A stretch of 62,596 bases of DNA, counting the filler, from Chiloscyllium plagiosum (Eukaryota): assembly GCF_004010195.1 (NCBI RefSeq). It is 4 parts of one record of this genome, joined end to end, with 100 filler letters (N's around TTAATTAATTAA, not from the genome) between each part and the next. Parts side by side here need not be neighbours in the genome. Positions count along the whole stretch, not along the records: positions 1 to 28,498 come from NC_057712.1; positions 28,599 to 40,037 come from NC_057712.1; 2 more parts are not named here. The stretch is one strand, 5' to 3'. Below the pieces are notes generated by a model. That model was given only the letters and a program-made list of their open reading frames with translations. It was not told where the DNA came from and did no database searches. Made by a program: the position numbers and the translations under genes. This document shows, in pieces, positions 25,790 through 38,311 of the stretch. How positions within the stretch are numbered: the stretch's first letter is position 1; each line of letters opens with the position of its first letter.

Positions 25790-28318
25790 AGTCTTAGTGG
25801 TCGTTCCCTTGAAAAACATGTATGCCGTTTTGGATACTGTTGAGGGGATATGCAGTGGGGTCCAGGTCTCTGGCACAGAGTCTGTCCCTGTTGCACAGAA
25901 GGGAAGGAGGGAAAGGAAGAGAGTGTTAGGCATTGGACACTCAATAGTTAGAGGCTCAGAAAGAAGGTTTGTTGGGAATGAACGAGACTCATGGTTGGTG
26001 TGTTGCCTCCGAGGTGCCAGGGTTCGTGATGTCTCGGATCGTATCTTTGGGATCCTGAAGGGAGAGGGTGACCAGCCTCAAGTCATTGTCCACGTAGGTA
26101 GCAATGACATAGGTCGAAAGCAGGGTAGGGATGTAAGGCAGGATTTCAGGGAGCTAGGGTTGAAGCTGAGAGCTAGTACAAACAGAGTTGTTATCTCTGG
26201 TTTGTTACCAGTGCCACGTGATAGCGAGGCAAGGAATAGGGAGAGATATCAGCTGAACACGTGGCCGCAAGGATGGTGCAGGAGGGAGGGTTTCAGGTTC
26301 TTGGATAATTGGGGCTCTTTCTAGGGAAGGTGGGACTTGTACAAACAGAAAGGTCTTCACTTGAACCAGAGGGGTACTAATATCCTGGGTGGGAAATTTG
26401 ATGGTGCTATTTGGGTGGGTTTAAACTAGCTCAGCGGAGGGATGGGAACCGGAGGTGTAGTTGCAGTGCACAGGAGGATGAGAGTAGGAAGGACAGGGAC
26501 AGGAGTTCAGGGTCACAGTGATGTGCTGGCAGACAACAAACTGGTTTGAAGTGTGTTTACTTCAACACCAGAAGTATCCGAAATAAGGTAGGCGAGCCTG
26601 CAGCATGTATAGGTACTTGGGACTTCGATGTTGTGGCCATTTCGGAGACATGGTTAGAGCAGGGTGAGGAATGGATGTTGCAGGTTCCAGGGTTTAGATC
26701 TTTCATTAAGAACAGGCAAGGTGGTAAAAGAGGGGGAGGTGTGGCCTTGTTACTCAAGAATAGTATAACAAAGGCTGAGAGAACTTTTGATGAGGACTCA
26801 TCTACTGAGGTAGTGTGGGCTGAGGTTAGAAACAGGAGAGGAGAGGTCACATTGCTTGGAGGTTTTTATAGGCCTCTGCAGAGTTCCAGGGAGATGGAAG
26901 AGAGGATTAGCAAAATTATTCTGGGTAGGAGTGACAGGAACAGGGTGGTCATTATGGGGGTTTAACTTCCCCAACATCGACTGGAAATGCTATAAAGCTC
27001 GTACTTCGGATGGATCAGTTTTTGTCCAATGTGTACAAGAGGGTTTCCTGATACAGTATGTCGAAGGGCCAACAAGAGGGGAGGCCACACTGGATCCGGT
27101 GCTTGGTAATGAACCAGGCCAGGTGTTTGATTTAGTTGTAGGTGAGCACTTTGGAGAGAGTGACCATAATTCAGTCATGTTTAGTTTAGCGATGGAAAGG
27201 GATAGGTACATGTCACAGGTCAAGAGTTATCGATGGGCAAGGGCAATTATAATGCTATTAGGCAAGAATTACAAGGCATAGAATGGGGTAGCAAAATGCA
27301 AGGGATGCAGACAATGGAAATATGGAGCTGGTTTAAGGAACAGATATTGTGTGTCCTTGATAGGTATGTCCCTGTCAGGCAGGGAGGAAGTGATAAGGTA
27401 AGGGAACCGTGGTTTACTACAGAAATTGCATCTCTTGTTAAGATGAAGAAGGAGGCTTATGTGCTGATGAGGCAAGATGGTTCAAACGAGGCGATGGAGA
27501 GTTACAGATCAGCGAGGAAGGATTTAAAGAGAGAGTAAAAAAGAACAAAGAGAGGACACAAGCAATCTTTAGCAAATGGAATGAAGGAGAACCCTAAAAC
27601 TTTCTATAGGTATGTGAGGAATAAAAGGATGATTAGGGTAGGAATAGGGCCAGTCAAAGACGGAAGTGGGAAGTTGAGTGTGGAACCTGTGGAGATCGGA
27701 GAGGTGCTAAACGAACATTTCTCATCGGTTTTCACTCAGGAAAAGGAGAATATTGTAAAGAAGAATGAGGTATGAGATATTAGACTAGAAAGGATAGGGT
27801 TAGTTACGAACAGGTGTTCTCAATTCTAGAAAGAGTGAAAATAGACAAGTCCCCTAGGCCGGTGGGATTTATCCGAGGATTCTCTGGGAAGCTAGGGAGG
27901 AGATAGCAGAGTCTTTGGCTTTGATATTTGAGTTGTCATGCCTACAGGTTTAGTACCAGAGGACTGGAGGATTGCAGTTCAAGAAGGGCAGTAGAGATGA
28001 CCCAGGTAATTATAGACCGGTAAGCCTTACTTCTGTTGGAGGAAAGGTTTTGGAAGGAATTTTGAGAGTTAAGAGTTATAATCATCTAGCAAGCAACAAT
28101 TCGATTTCAGTTAGTCAATATGGTTTCGTCAAGGGCAGGTCGTGTCTCACAAACCTCATTGAGTTTTTTGAGAAGGTGACCAAGCATGTAGATGAGGGTA
28201 GGGCAGTTGACATGGTATACATGGACTTCATTAAAGCCTCTGATAAGGTTCCATGTGGTAGGCTGTAAGAGAAAATGCAGAGGCATGGAATTGAGGGGGA
28301 TTTAGCAGTTTGGATTAG
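25790..28318 (+). mobile_element. CR1 LINE (ORF1 esterase, ORF2 APE and RT start), degenerate
   Basis: LVCCLRGARVRDV..VHVGSND; DVVAISETWL; YRPVSLTSV; SCLTNLIEFFEKVT; ends at a PLE tail and scaffold join. Confidence 0.9.
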
Positions 28319-28498
28319 ATAAAAACAATGACTGCAGATGTTGGAAACCAGATTCTGGATTAGTGGTGCTGGAAAAGCACAGCAGTTCAGGCAGCATCCG
28401 AGGAGCAGTAAAATTGACGTTTCGGGCAAAAGCCCTTCATCAGGAATACAGGCAGAGAGCCTGAAGGGTGGAGAGATAAATGAGAGGAGAGTGGGGGG
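28319..28498 (-). mobile_element. PLE-A tail with hammerhead core (~28413-28448)
   Basis: Minus strand attc-CTGATGA-a-gggc tttt gccc-GAAA-cgtc. Confidence 0.8.
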
Positions 28499-28598
28499 NN
28501 NNNNNNNNNNNNNNNNNNNNNNNNNNNNNNNNNNNNNNNNNNTTAATTAATTAANNNNNNNNNNNNNNNNNNNNNNNNNNNNNNNNNNNNNNNNNNNN
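28499..28598. other. Artificial scaffold join N44-TTAATTAATTAA-N44
   Basis: Exactly 100 nt, with the same layout at 40038-40137 and 56271-56370; the 12-mer has stops in all six frames. Confidence 0.95.
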
Positions 28599-28600
28599 AA

Positions 28601-29002
28601 GTCTGAGAGGGGATCTGATTGAGACATAAAGATTATTAAAGGATTGGACACTCTGGAGGCAGGAAACATGTTTCCGCTGATGGGTGAGTGCCGAACCAGA
28701 GGACGCAGCTTAAAAATACGGGGTAGACCATTTAGGACAGAGATGAGGAGAAACCTCTTCACCCAGAGAGTGGTGGCTGTGTGGAATGCTCTGCCCCAGA
28801 GGGCAGTGGAGGCCCAGTCTCTGGATTCATTTAAGAAAGAGTTGGATAGAGCTCTCAAGGATTGTGGAATCAAGGGTTATGGAGATAAGGCAGGAACAGT
28901 ATACTGATTAGGAATGATCAGCCATGATCATATTGAATGGTGGTGCAGGCTCGAAGGGCAGAATGGCCTACTCCTGCACCTATTGTCTATTGTCCATTGT
29001 CA
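28601..29002 (+). mobile_element. Young CR1 3' end with (ctattgt)n tail
   Basis: Highly similar to 40430-40836. Confidence 0.9.
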
Positions 29003-29564
29003 TGGGATCTAGCACAAAGAAGGCATGATGTTTCCAAATAAATGGATATATTTTTATTTATGTATATATAAATATGATGTATTTTAATGTTTAGATTTTG
29101 AACTAGGAGAATGCACATGGAAAGATTACGTGATTTGTAAGCGTGCCATCATGTTAGAATAATCAAGAATTTTTTTTTGCTTACAGGCAAAACATATGTA
29201 TTGGCAAGCATTTGGGGGAAGTTCAGAGAAGATTTGTTTGAGGTTAAATGTAAGAACAGTTTCTCCTGGAGAAAAGGAGGAGGTTAGAATGATTTTCCAA
29301 TAGGCTACCTCAGCATAAGCGTTTCAGTTTGAAAATTCCATATCATAAGTGTTTGGTTAAAACTCTGAAGGAATTACTTGATGCTGAGAAATTTTAAGCT
29401 CAGTTATGTGACTGATCAAGGAAAGAAAGATATTAAGATCTCAAGGCTAAGAACTGAACGTACCCCAGTTAAATTAAATCTGTAAGGGATTCATTGGGAT
29501 CTTGTGTGAAGTCTCACTGTCAGTACACTGTTGTTTCTAACAGTGTATCTCCTTATGATATCAT

Positions 29565-30761
29565 CACTGTGTCATAGCATTTGGCCTGAGGGCATATAGG
29601 TCTCCATCAACTGGGGCCACGTGAACCATGGTGCATTGGTGAAAGTGTGCTACTGTTTGTAACCAAATAGCTCATTTGTCCCAACACTGAAGTGCATGTG
29701 ATTGAAATGTATATACATTTGTATGTATATTAATATGTATAATATGTATAATATAATAGATGTATATTATAGAAGCTATAATAAACTTCTGTTGAGTCTT
29801 TTATTACTATATTACGATATTACCCAAATATTATTCTAATGCTACAGGAGTTAATACAAGTATCACCGTTTCAGGTACAAATATGCAGCTGGAGGCAAAT
29901 CCCACACCAGGGTGGCAGTTCACAAGACGTGGAAAATCACACCTACACAGAGCAGGTGTGATTTTCTGAAAGGACAGAAAAAAACTTAGCACATATAATC
30001 AGCGCTGTGAATGCATTCAAAGTGAAACTGAGTCTGTGCCTCCCCCAATTGAAAAATGAAACACCTGCAACACTTTTGGAGTCTGGATAAAATGCTACAA
30101 AAAATTCAAAGTTAAAGGAAAATAATTTCACACAGGAATCATCTGAACACACCTGAGAAAGTTAGCAAAGGAATCCAGGATTTCAGGAATTGGATGTGAT
30201 GGAACAAATTGTCATGTTTATCTCAAAGCATTCTTTCAAGTAGAGATGGGCAGTTTGGCAACCAAATTCCATCAGCTGTTCAATTTACAAAGTAGTGGAA
30301 TTGCTATGAAGGTAATTACTTGTGCAAAATAATCTTGAGCTGAATGCTAGATCAATGGATAATGATTTCTGGGGCTCGTAAACAGAGAAAAATAACAGCT
30401 GCCATCATCCTGTGCTTTTAAAGTGAAAGCTTAATTTGACTCCACATCCTTTGTGAGACAGCATTCCCCCAAAAGAAGCTGAATTATGGAACACCTCACA
30501 GATACCCATTTGATGAACTGCATATGGCTAGCACAATCAAACAACAGCCCAGACTTCAAACCACTGGCAGAGAATATGCAGTCACAGGTGTCACGATGAG
30601 ATGTGGTGAGTAGAGAACAAAATGATTAATTCTAAATGTTTGGTTCTAGAAACATTTAGCACTGAAATAAACTGTTTACTCTACATTTTCTTAAGGGCCC
30701 ACTCTCGGCTGCAATTACATTCGGAAGTGATCTTGTGTTTTTTGAAAGGTTTGAGACACTG
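29565..30761 (+). mobile_element. Internally deleted hAT (Charlie/SPIN/GTF2IRD2-like) transposon
   Basis: 29966-30599 translates with frameshifts to LAHIISAVNAFKVKLSL..FQELDVMEQIVMFIS..QNNLELNARS..DFWGL..CETAF..TDTHL..PDFKPLAENMQSQVSR*; the 3' end aaaggtttgagacactg resembles a hAT TIR; left end degenerate, no TSD seen. Confidence 0.75.
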
Positions 30762-31699
30762 TCTCCACAGCCTATCACAGAGTGAGACTTAACTCCTTTA
30801 TTATACCTTTCATCCTGTCACTTCTCTAACCCCTTCCCACCATTTCTTGTGCTTTTGTACTTCATTTAAAACCTTGTAAGTCTGTAACTTTTCCGAGTTC
30901 TGATGAAAGGAACATGCCCACTTATTTGTTTGGATGAAGGTACAATCTGATGCAGCTACATTTGAGGTTATTCCGGATGCTGCTTGGATCCTGTACAATG
31001 AACAGGCTTTTGACATGGAGTATGGAAGGTGGAGTTTGGAATACAGAGTGATAATATCTCAGACATTACATGGCTCCTCGGCTTGACAGTGTATCACTCT
31101 GTACCTTCTCAAGCTCATTTAATTTGCTGCTGTAGACATAAAATGTCCTTTGCTGCTAACTGACAGCATGCTAGCTGCCTGCACGATCCATATGATTACN
31201 NNNNNNNNNNNNNNNNNNNNNNNNNNNNNNNNNNNNNNNNNNNNNNNNNNNNNNNNNNNNNNNNNNNNNNNNNNNNNNNNNNNNNNNNNNNNNNNNNNNN
31301 NNNNNNNNNNNNNNNNNNNNNNNNNNNNNNNNNNNNNNNNNNNNNNNNNNNNNNNNNNNNNNNNNNNNNNNNNNNNNNNNNNNNNNNNNNNNNNNNNNNN
31401 NNNNNNNNNNNNNNNNNNNNNNNNNNNNNNNNNNNNNNNNNNNNNNNNNNNNNNNNNNNNNNNNNNNNNNNNNNNNNNNNNNNNNNNNNNNNNNNNNNNN
31501 NNNNNNNNNNNNNNNNNNNNNNNNNNNNNNNNNNNNNNNNNNNNNNNNNNNNNNNNNNNNNNNNNNNNNNNNNNNNNNNNNNNNNNNNNNNNNNNNNNNN
31601 NNNNNNNNNNNNNNNNNNNNNNNNNNNNNNNNNNNNNNNNNNNNNNNNNNNNNNNNNNNNNNNNNNNNNNNNNNNNNNNNNNNNNNNNNNNNNNNNNNN

Positions 31700-32165
31700 A
31701 ATGCTGTGCTTCTGGGAATTCTCGTGCATGTCTCTGTTTGGCTTGTCCTAGGGTGTGTTGTCCCAGTTGAAGTGGTGTCCTTCCTTATCTGAATGAAAGG
31801 ATACTAGTGTAAGGATATCTTGCATGCAGATAAGGAAGGACATCATATCCATCCTGAGACAAGCTAAGCGGATGCGCATGAGAATTCCTAGAGGCATGGC
31901 ATTCCAGGCTGGAGCTCTGTCGGCAAATACATTGACTTGGACCCCATTTGCCTCCCCTGAGCAAGGGAATGGGAGGTGACATCGTCAGCTCAGGGAAACC
32001 CAAACATGTAGATGGAGGGCGGGATGCACCTGTAGTGCTTCGTCCAGAGGCTCACTGGAAATGTCACCTAGTGTGGTGACGAAGCTTCTGAAAATAAATC
32101 TTCGAGCTCAGCAACAGAACCTACATCTAGAGCCTGAACCCAAACTACAAATCTTCTCAAAACGT
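31700..32165. mobile_element. PLE family B remnant with inverted arrangement and decayed hammerhead (~32050-32092)
   Basis: Mirror halves around ~31815 (gaattctcgtgcatg..gcttgtcc vs gacaagctaag..catgagaattcc); same tail family as 41467 and 54447. Confidence 0.75.
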
Positions 32166-32484
32166 GCTATTACTTGGGTCTTTGGATTAACAGTTCAATG
32201 GTAATGCCACTAGGCAGTTTGATTAAGTTTTTAGACTTTTAAACAGGTCAGTTGAGTAATTCTTTGAACTGTAATGTTACAGATGGTAAGAAATAGCCCA
32301 CAGAATTAATTGCCAGGTTTAATATCTTTCCCAATGATATTAGCTTCAAAACTTGATCTGTGGAATCTTGTGGAATCTGTGGACTTTGTAAAAGATCCTT
32401 AATATAGCAAAACCTGTTGGGAAATAAAATTTGTTTAATTCAACACTCCCCATCCTGGGGAAGTGAGAAGATCAATCATCGACA

Positions 32485-32647
32485 TGCCTCACAGCATCAG
32501 GGACCTGGGGTTGCTCCCACAATCCAAAGATGTGCAGATTCGTGTATTAGCTACAGGAAATGTTAGGTTACAAGATCAGAATGGGATGTTCTTTCGAGGG
32601 TTGGTGTGGACCCAATGGGTGCTTCCATACTCTGGGGATTCTATGAT
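32485..32647 (+). mobile_element. Degenerate HE1-type SINE
   Basis: tgcctcacagcatcagggacctggg..ctcccacaatccaaagatgtgcag. Confidence 0.65.
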
Positions 32648-33184
32648 GAAGTGGTGGTCTGTGTGAGCAGCCCCAATTTTTAAGTGAGCAGAGAGCAAAC
32701 ATATTGGAGGCTCTGAGAGTCAAGTTTAAGATCCCTGGTGGGCCAGTGCAGTGATTCATACGGTGAAATGGCAGGAATAGTCAAAATCTTCCAGTTTAGC
32801 CACAAAATGTAGGAAAACTCTCCAGTAAACAATATTGAGTAGAACTGCTATTATTGCAAAATGAAAATTTTTTTTTAAACAAGTGGAAGAGGGCAGGAAG
32901 AGAAAGGTCTGAAATTGTTTTTAAGATTAAGATTCTCAACTTTGAGTTTTTTAAAAAATGAACTATTGCTGGAATTTTAAAATAGCTGCTGTCGAAACAC
33001 AGATTGTGCAAGACAACTGTTTCTAGAAACTTCGAGAAATTACTAGAGGACAAATAGCTTACATTATACTCCTGGAACGTTAGACTTCTTGCATTTTATG
33101 AACACTCCAGCCAAGCCAATGCAAAGGACTATTAGACGAGATATCTACCTCAGGCAGTTTTGAATAAAGAAGATCATTAAAACC

Positions 33185-34870
33185 TATTATTGCGTGCAAT
33201 TCTAGTCTCCTTCCTATTGGAAACATGTTGTGAGACTTGAAAGGTACAGAAAAGATTTACAAGGATGTTGCCATGGTTGGAGGATTTGAGCTACAGGGAG
33301 AGGCTGAATAGGCTGTGGCTGTTTTCCCTGGAGCGTCGGAGGCTGAGGGTTGACCTTATTGAGGTTTATTAAATCATGAGGGGCATGGATTGGATAAATA
33401 GACAAAGTCTTTTCCCTGGGGTTGGGGAGTCCAGAACTAGAGGGCATAGGTTTCGGTGAGAGGGGAAAGATATAAAGGGCACCTAAATGGCAACTTTTTC
33501 GCTCAGGGTAGTGCGTGTATGGAATGAGCTGCCAGAGGAAGTAGTGGAGGCTGATACAATTGCTACATTTAAAAGGCATCTGGATGGGTATATGAATATG
33601 AAGGGTTTAGAGGGATATGGGCCAGGTGCTGGTAAATGGGACTAGATTAGGTTGGGATATCTGGTCGGCATGGACGGGTTGGACCGAAGTGTCTGTTTCC
33701 GTGCTGTACATCTCTGTGACTCTATTATGACTTGATTTACTGCAAGTGATTCCACAGTTTTATGCCACAAATTGCAACAGGCTTTTGGCCAGAACATCAA
33801 AATCCATCTCAGTAGCTGAATGGCTAAACCCCTGAAGTTACACACCTGAAGCTGCTGGTTTGTTTGATAATTATTCAATTCTTGACTTCTTTTGTCAGTC
33901 TGCTTCTAATACCTGGAGTGAGCACATCACATTGAGCAACTCCATACTTAGCTAAGTGCCTGCCTCTGATCTGAATATTACACAAAATCTGTTTTCTGGA
34001 AGGAAACCCATGTTTTGCATACAAACCAATCACTCGCTTACACCAACAGTAATTTCAATTTATCTGATCTCCTGTGAAAGAGTGATTTATGCGCACAGCC
34101 AACCAAAGGACTCTCAGCTGCATATTGACATATTTGCTGTCTCCAATTCAAGGGACTAAATCTGACACCTTTGATTTTAACTAATTTGTAACTCTTTTCT
34201 CTTTCTTACCATGGAACCCTTTGCTGCAGAGGGCTTTGGAAGCTGAATCTTTGAGTGTATTTAAGAAAGAGATAGTTCTTGATTCATAAGTGGATCAGTG
34301 ATTACAAGGAAAAGGCAGTAAAATGGGGTTGAGAAACATCAGCCATGATTGAATGATGGAGCTGTCTCAATGGGCTGAATGGCCTAATTCTGCTGTTATA
34401 CCTTCTGGTCATTCTTTCTTCTTTGGATGTATGTGTGTGTGAATGTCTGCTACGAACCATTCCCCTCATATTTTGAATTCAGTGGCAACACTAAACCTTA
34501 CGTGAGCTTCTGAGGGTCAGCGATGACCTGAAAGAGGTTGAGAAAATCATAAGGGGCACTGATAGGGTAAATAGACAAGGTTTTTTCCCTGGTTTGGGGT
34601 AAGTCCAGAACTAGAGGGCATAGGTTTAGGGTGAAAGTGGAAAAATTTAAAAGGGACCTAAAGGGCAACTTTTTCGCACAGAGGGTAGTGCGCATATGGA
34701 ATGAGCTGCCAGAGTAAGTGGCACAATTGCAACATTTAAAAGGCATCTGGATGGGTATATGAATAAAAAGGGTTTAGAGGGATATGGGCCGAATGCTAGA
34801 TTAGTTTAGGATATCTGGTCGGCATGAACGAGTTGGACCGAGGGATTTGTTTTAGTGCTGTAGATCCCTA
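33185..34870 (+). mobile_element. Cluster of CR1 3' fragments (33185-33730, 34215-34410, 34500-34870)
   Basis: RT C-terminal and 3' UTR sequence shared with other CR1 copies. Confidence 0.85.
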
Positions 34871-34986
34871 AGGAATTGGCTGAGAGTCTTTCTTAAATTG
34901 GATTTCATAATCTAAGTTTGGGGAGATACATTGCCAACTATTTAGAAAAGAGAAAAAAAAATTAAATAAAATTTAAAAACCAGCTC

Positions 34987-36255
34987 TGTTACAGACAGGA
35001 GAGGAGGGCAAAGAAAGTAATTTAATTCAACCCTCCCTCTTGTCATGTTACAGTTCAAGAAGGATAGGAAATCAAAATGCTTTATTAAGGAGTTTCACAA
35101 ATCAGTAAGCGAAACTGAGCTGTTTTCTTTCAAAACAGCTGATGATATCATCATGTGATCACACTCTTAAGGTGACAGTTCAACATACATAAATACGCAT
35201 GTCCATGATACAAGCAAAATACATACTCACATTAGGACGACATGGCATCAGACATAATATTGTCAGGAAGACTTCATTTCAAGCATGGGCAAAATAAAAA
35301 CACAGATTGGACACTTGGAGAAAATGATTTCTGAGGTGGGACTGGTTTCTACGTTAGATATTAAATCAGAAACTGAACAACAAAGAATAATCATTTAATG
35401 AGCTGCAGATTAGCAGAGATCAGATGTTTTTTGAACTGCCAATGAGACCACAAAAAGAAACCACAACAACTTCATCCCATTATGGGTTAACCACTGATTA
35501 ATTGTGGTGATCCCAGTGAGAACTTGGTAACAGCAGGGACCTACAGACCTCGGACTTTCAGGAAGAGAATCAAAGTCAAATGTCTACTACCGAGCAAACT
35601 TGCCATCTTCCAAATCCAAACAGAACGGAGAATAGTGAACACTTTCAGTTGAATTCATAATATCAGATGTTTGGAGATACTTGAGGTCGAGATGTAATGA
35701 AATTTTGTAAAATATTATTGTTTGACAGCTGAGTTATAAGTTTGTTTAAGGATCTCAGGACATGATATTATCTAAAAAAAGTATTGAATTAATACAGAAG
35801 GTTTTTGAAAGAAAGTGTTTACATTTGAGCCAGCTGAACAAAAAGCATGGAGACAAGATCAGCCTTCAGTGAGGCGTCAATGTTTGTAAAGTTGTTACAG
35901 AGGTGAAGAGATCGTATCTCGCTTTTTGATATTTGTAAAAGGGTGTTTCAAATAGTTCTTGTGCACTGAATTTTTTTGTGCTTTTTTTTTTCTTTTGTTA
36001 AGAGTACATTCTTGCGGTATGATTTATCACATGACCAGTTCAAATCATTGTACATTGTAACTTGTGCTTTTCCTTTTGTGTGTAATAAACTTTTATGTTC
36101 TTTTGTTAAATGTACATTGACAGCCTCTTGTGAATAGGTTCAGTGACTGATCACAATGGGAAACAAGTGTTAGAATAAAACCTCTGGTCTGTCAAATTAG
36201 GTTTTTTTTGCTAGATGTGACTTGTCCAGTATTGTCATCAGCTAGGGTGATAAGT
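34987..36255 (+). mobile_element. Probable solo LTR
   Basis: Starts TGTTACAG, non-coding, AATAAA at ~36084 and ~36174, U5-like end tgacttgtccagtattgtcatcagct..; terminal CA and TSD not intact. Confidence 0.4.
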
Positions 36256-36649
36256 GTAAAGGTCATTGTATGCACAAATGTGTTATATTAGTAATGGCAA
36301 AAAAAAAGAGGGGGAATGTTTTATGTGGAACTAAAAAGGTCTGAAATGATTAATACGGAGGAGTGCCAGAAGCTTGTGGACTTGGAGATAAGCCAAGTGT
36401 GATCTCTGAGTCTCTCAGCAGCTAATCAGAGAAGACAAATAGCCTCTGATTGAAAGGGCAGAAAACTGTTCTGGAAATTTCCTATCTTTTTTATTCAACC
36501 TTATGCATGGACAAGCAGGAACAATGGAAAACCTGTGAGGGTAGAGAAGACAGACTGAAATTTGCTCACTTTCGTGAGAGGAAAATTGAAAACTGGAGCC
36601 CTTGGCTTAAGCTCTTAATATAGTAAGACCTAACATAGAATTTATTTTA

Positions 36650-37287
36650 ATTATTCACTCACGGATGCGGACATCACTACTTAATTGCCCATCCTCGTTG
36701 CTCTTGAGAAGGTGATGGGGAACTGCCTTCGTGAACTGTTGTTGTTCACGCATAACCTTCCCACAATGCCAGTTATGAGGGAATTCCAGCATTTTGACTC
36801 AGCACCACTGAAGGAATGGCGATATATTTCCAAGTCAGGATGATGAGTGGCTTGGAAGGGAACTTGCAGATGGTGGTGTTCCCATGTATCTGTTTTTCCT
36901 TCTGATGGACATGGTCATGGTTCTGGACGATGCCATTTGAGTATCTTAGGCAAATTTCTGCAGTGCACCTTTGTGAATGTACACACTATTACTACTGAGC
37001 ATCAGTGGTGGATGTAGTGGATGCTTATAGATGTGATGCCAAACAAACAGGCAGGTTTTCCTGGATGGTGTCAAATTTCTAGAGTTTCATTTGAGTTGTA
37101 CCCATCCAGGCAAATGAGGAGCATTTCATCACACTCCTGCCTTGCAAATGGTGGACTGGTTTTGGGGATTCAGGAAGGGAGTTACTCACCGCAGTATTTC
37201 TAGCCTCTGATCTGCTCTTTGTAACCACTCTGATTATGTGGTGAGTCCAGTTGAGTTTCTAATAAGTTGTAACCCCCAACACGTTGA
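36650..37287 (-). mobile_element. 3' fragment of the LINE family seen at 50640-53170
   Basis: Tail accttctcaag..gatgggcaatta..cacatccgtgagtgaataa on the minus strand. Confidence 0.6.
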
Positions 37288-37310
37288 TCACAGAATCACA
37301 GAACCATATA

Positions 37311-38311
37311 CAGAACAACCTCGGTTATCCGAACATCAATTATCTAAATTTCGGATTATCCAAACAAGATCCTTGTATATGCATTTCAACAGAAGTATGA
37401 AAATTCTATTCCTCATACATTTAATGCATCATTTTGTAAATTTGAACAGGAATATAGATGCAAGTATGCTTTAATCAATAATTATCTTCAAATGTACACT
37501 CAAGATGTGGCATTAGAGTTAAGTCTTACACTTTTTATAAGGTTCTCTGATACTTATCCTTCCCGAGGCAAACATTTGTGACTGTGAACACACAAGAACA
37601 ACATATGTGCAAGGCGGAGCTGTGCACTCTAACGGCAAGATTCCCTCTCAACATTGACTCGCACCATTTTGCAAATCCAACAATGTTTTCCCTCAGTTCA
37701 TTCTCTGGAGATTTAAGTCAAAATATGCACCCTCACTTTTCGTTTCCATTCCTTTTTACTCCTATTCCATGATGACTCTTTTTTTTCTAAACAAAAATTA
37801 GTTCAATATCTTTCAGCTGACAAGAAAAATTAATGTTATTACTTTTTGATGGAGGAGAGCAAATTGTAGACAGTTTGCACACGTAAAAATAAACAGATCT
37901 TCCCTCTCTCTTGTGTTTCCCCTGTGCTTTGCACCTCTCTCTCCCTAAGGGCTTGGCAGTCACTGAGGAAGGAGGGACAACACTTGATTAGTCTGAACAG
38001 TGGGATGACACCAAACAAAGATGCTGGCTACTATCAAGGACTGGGATAAAACTGAGGAAAATGTCAGCGAAACGTTTCACAGACTTCAGTCAGACTCTAA
38101 CCAAAAAATGATTTTATTTGTAAAATATCATGAATTTTTAAGCAATATCCAGAGTTTGTACACAATATATCTATTGAATGACATAAGGTCTCTGTAAACA
38201 TGCTTCTTTTACATAATTATGTTCAGTATGGCTTCCTTTTTTTACAATCAGATCAGTTATCCGAACAAAATACTCCCCGCCTGTCTCGTTCGGATAATCA
38301 AGGTTGTTCTG
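37311..38311. mobile_element. pogo/Tigger-type (Tc1/mariner) non-autonomous element, 24-bp TIRs
   Basis: CAGAACAACCTCGGTTATCCGAAC vs reverse complement of right end CAGAACAACCTTGATTATCCGAAC (22/24); TA on left flank, GA on right; internal TTATCCGAAC repeats; inserted in a CR1 tail. Confidence 0.85.

Noticed and set aside
28543..28554. TTAATTAATTAA palindrome, also at 40082 and 56315
   Set aside because: Centred in exact 100-nt N blocks: an assembly linker, not biology. Order and distance across these joins are uncertain.
32720..32760. HCTGPPG as a candidate upstream collagen exon
   Set aside because: Only one Gly-X-Y triplet and no donor or acceptor.
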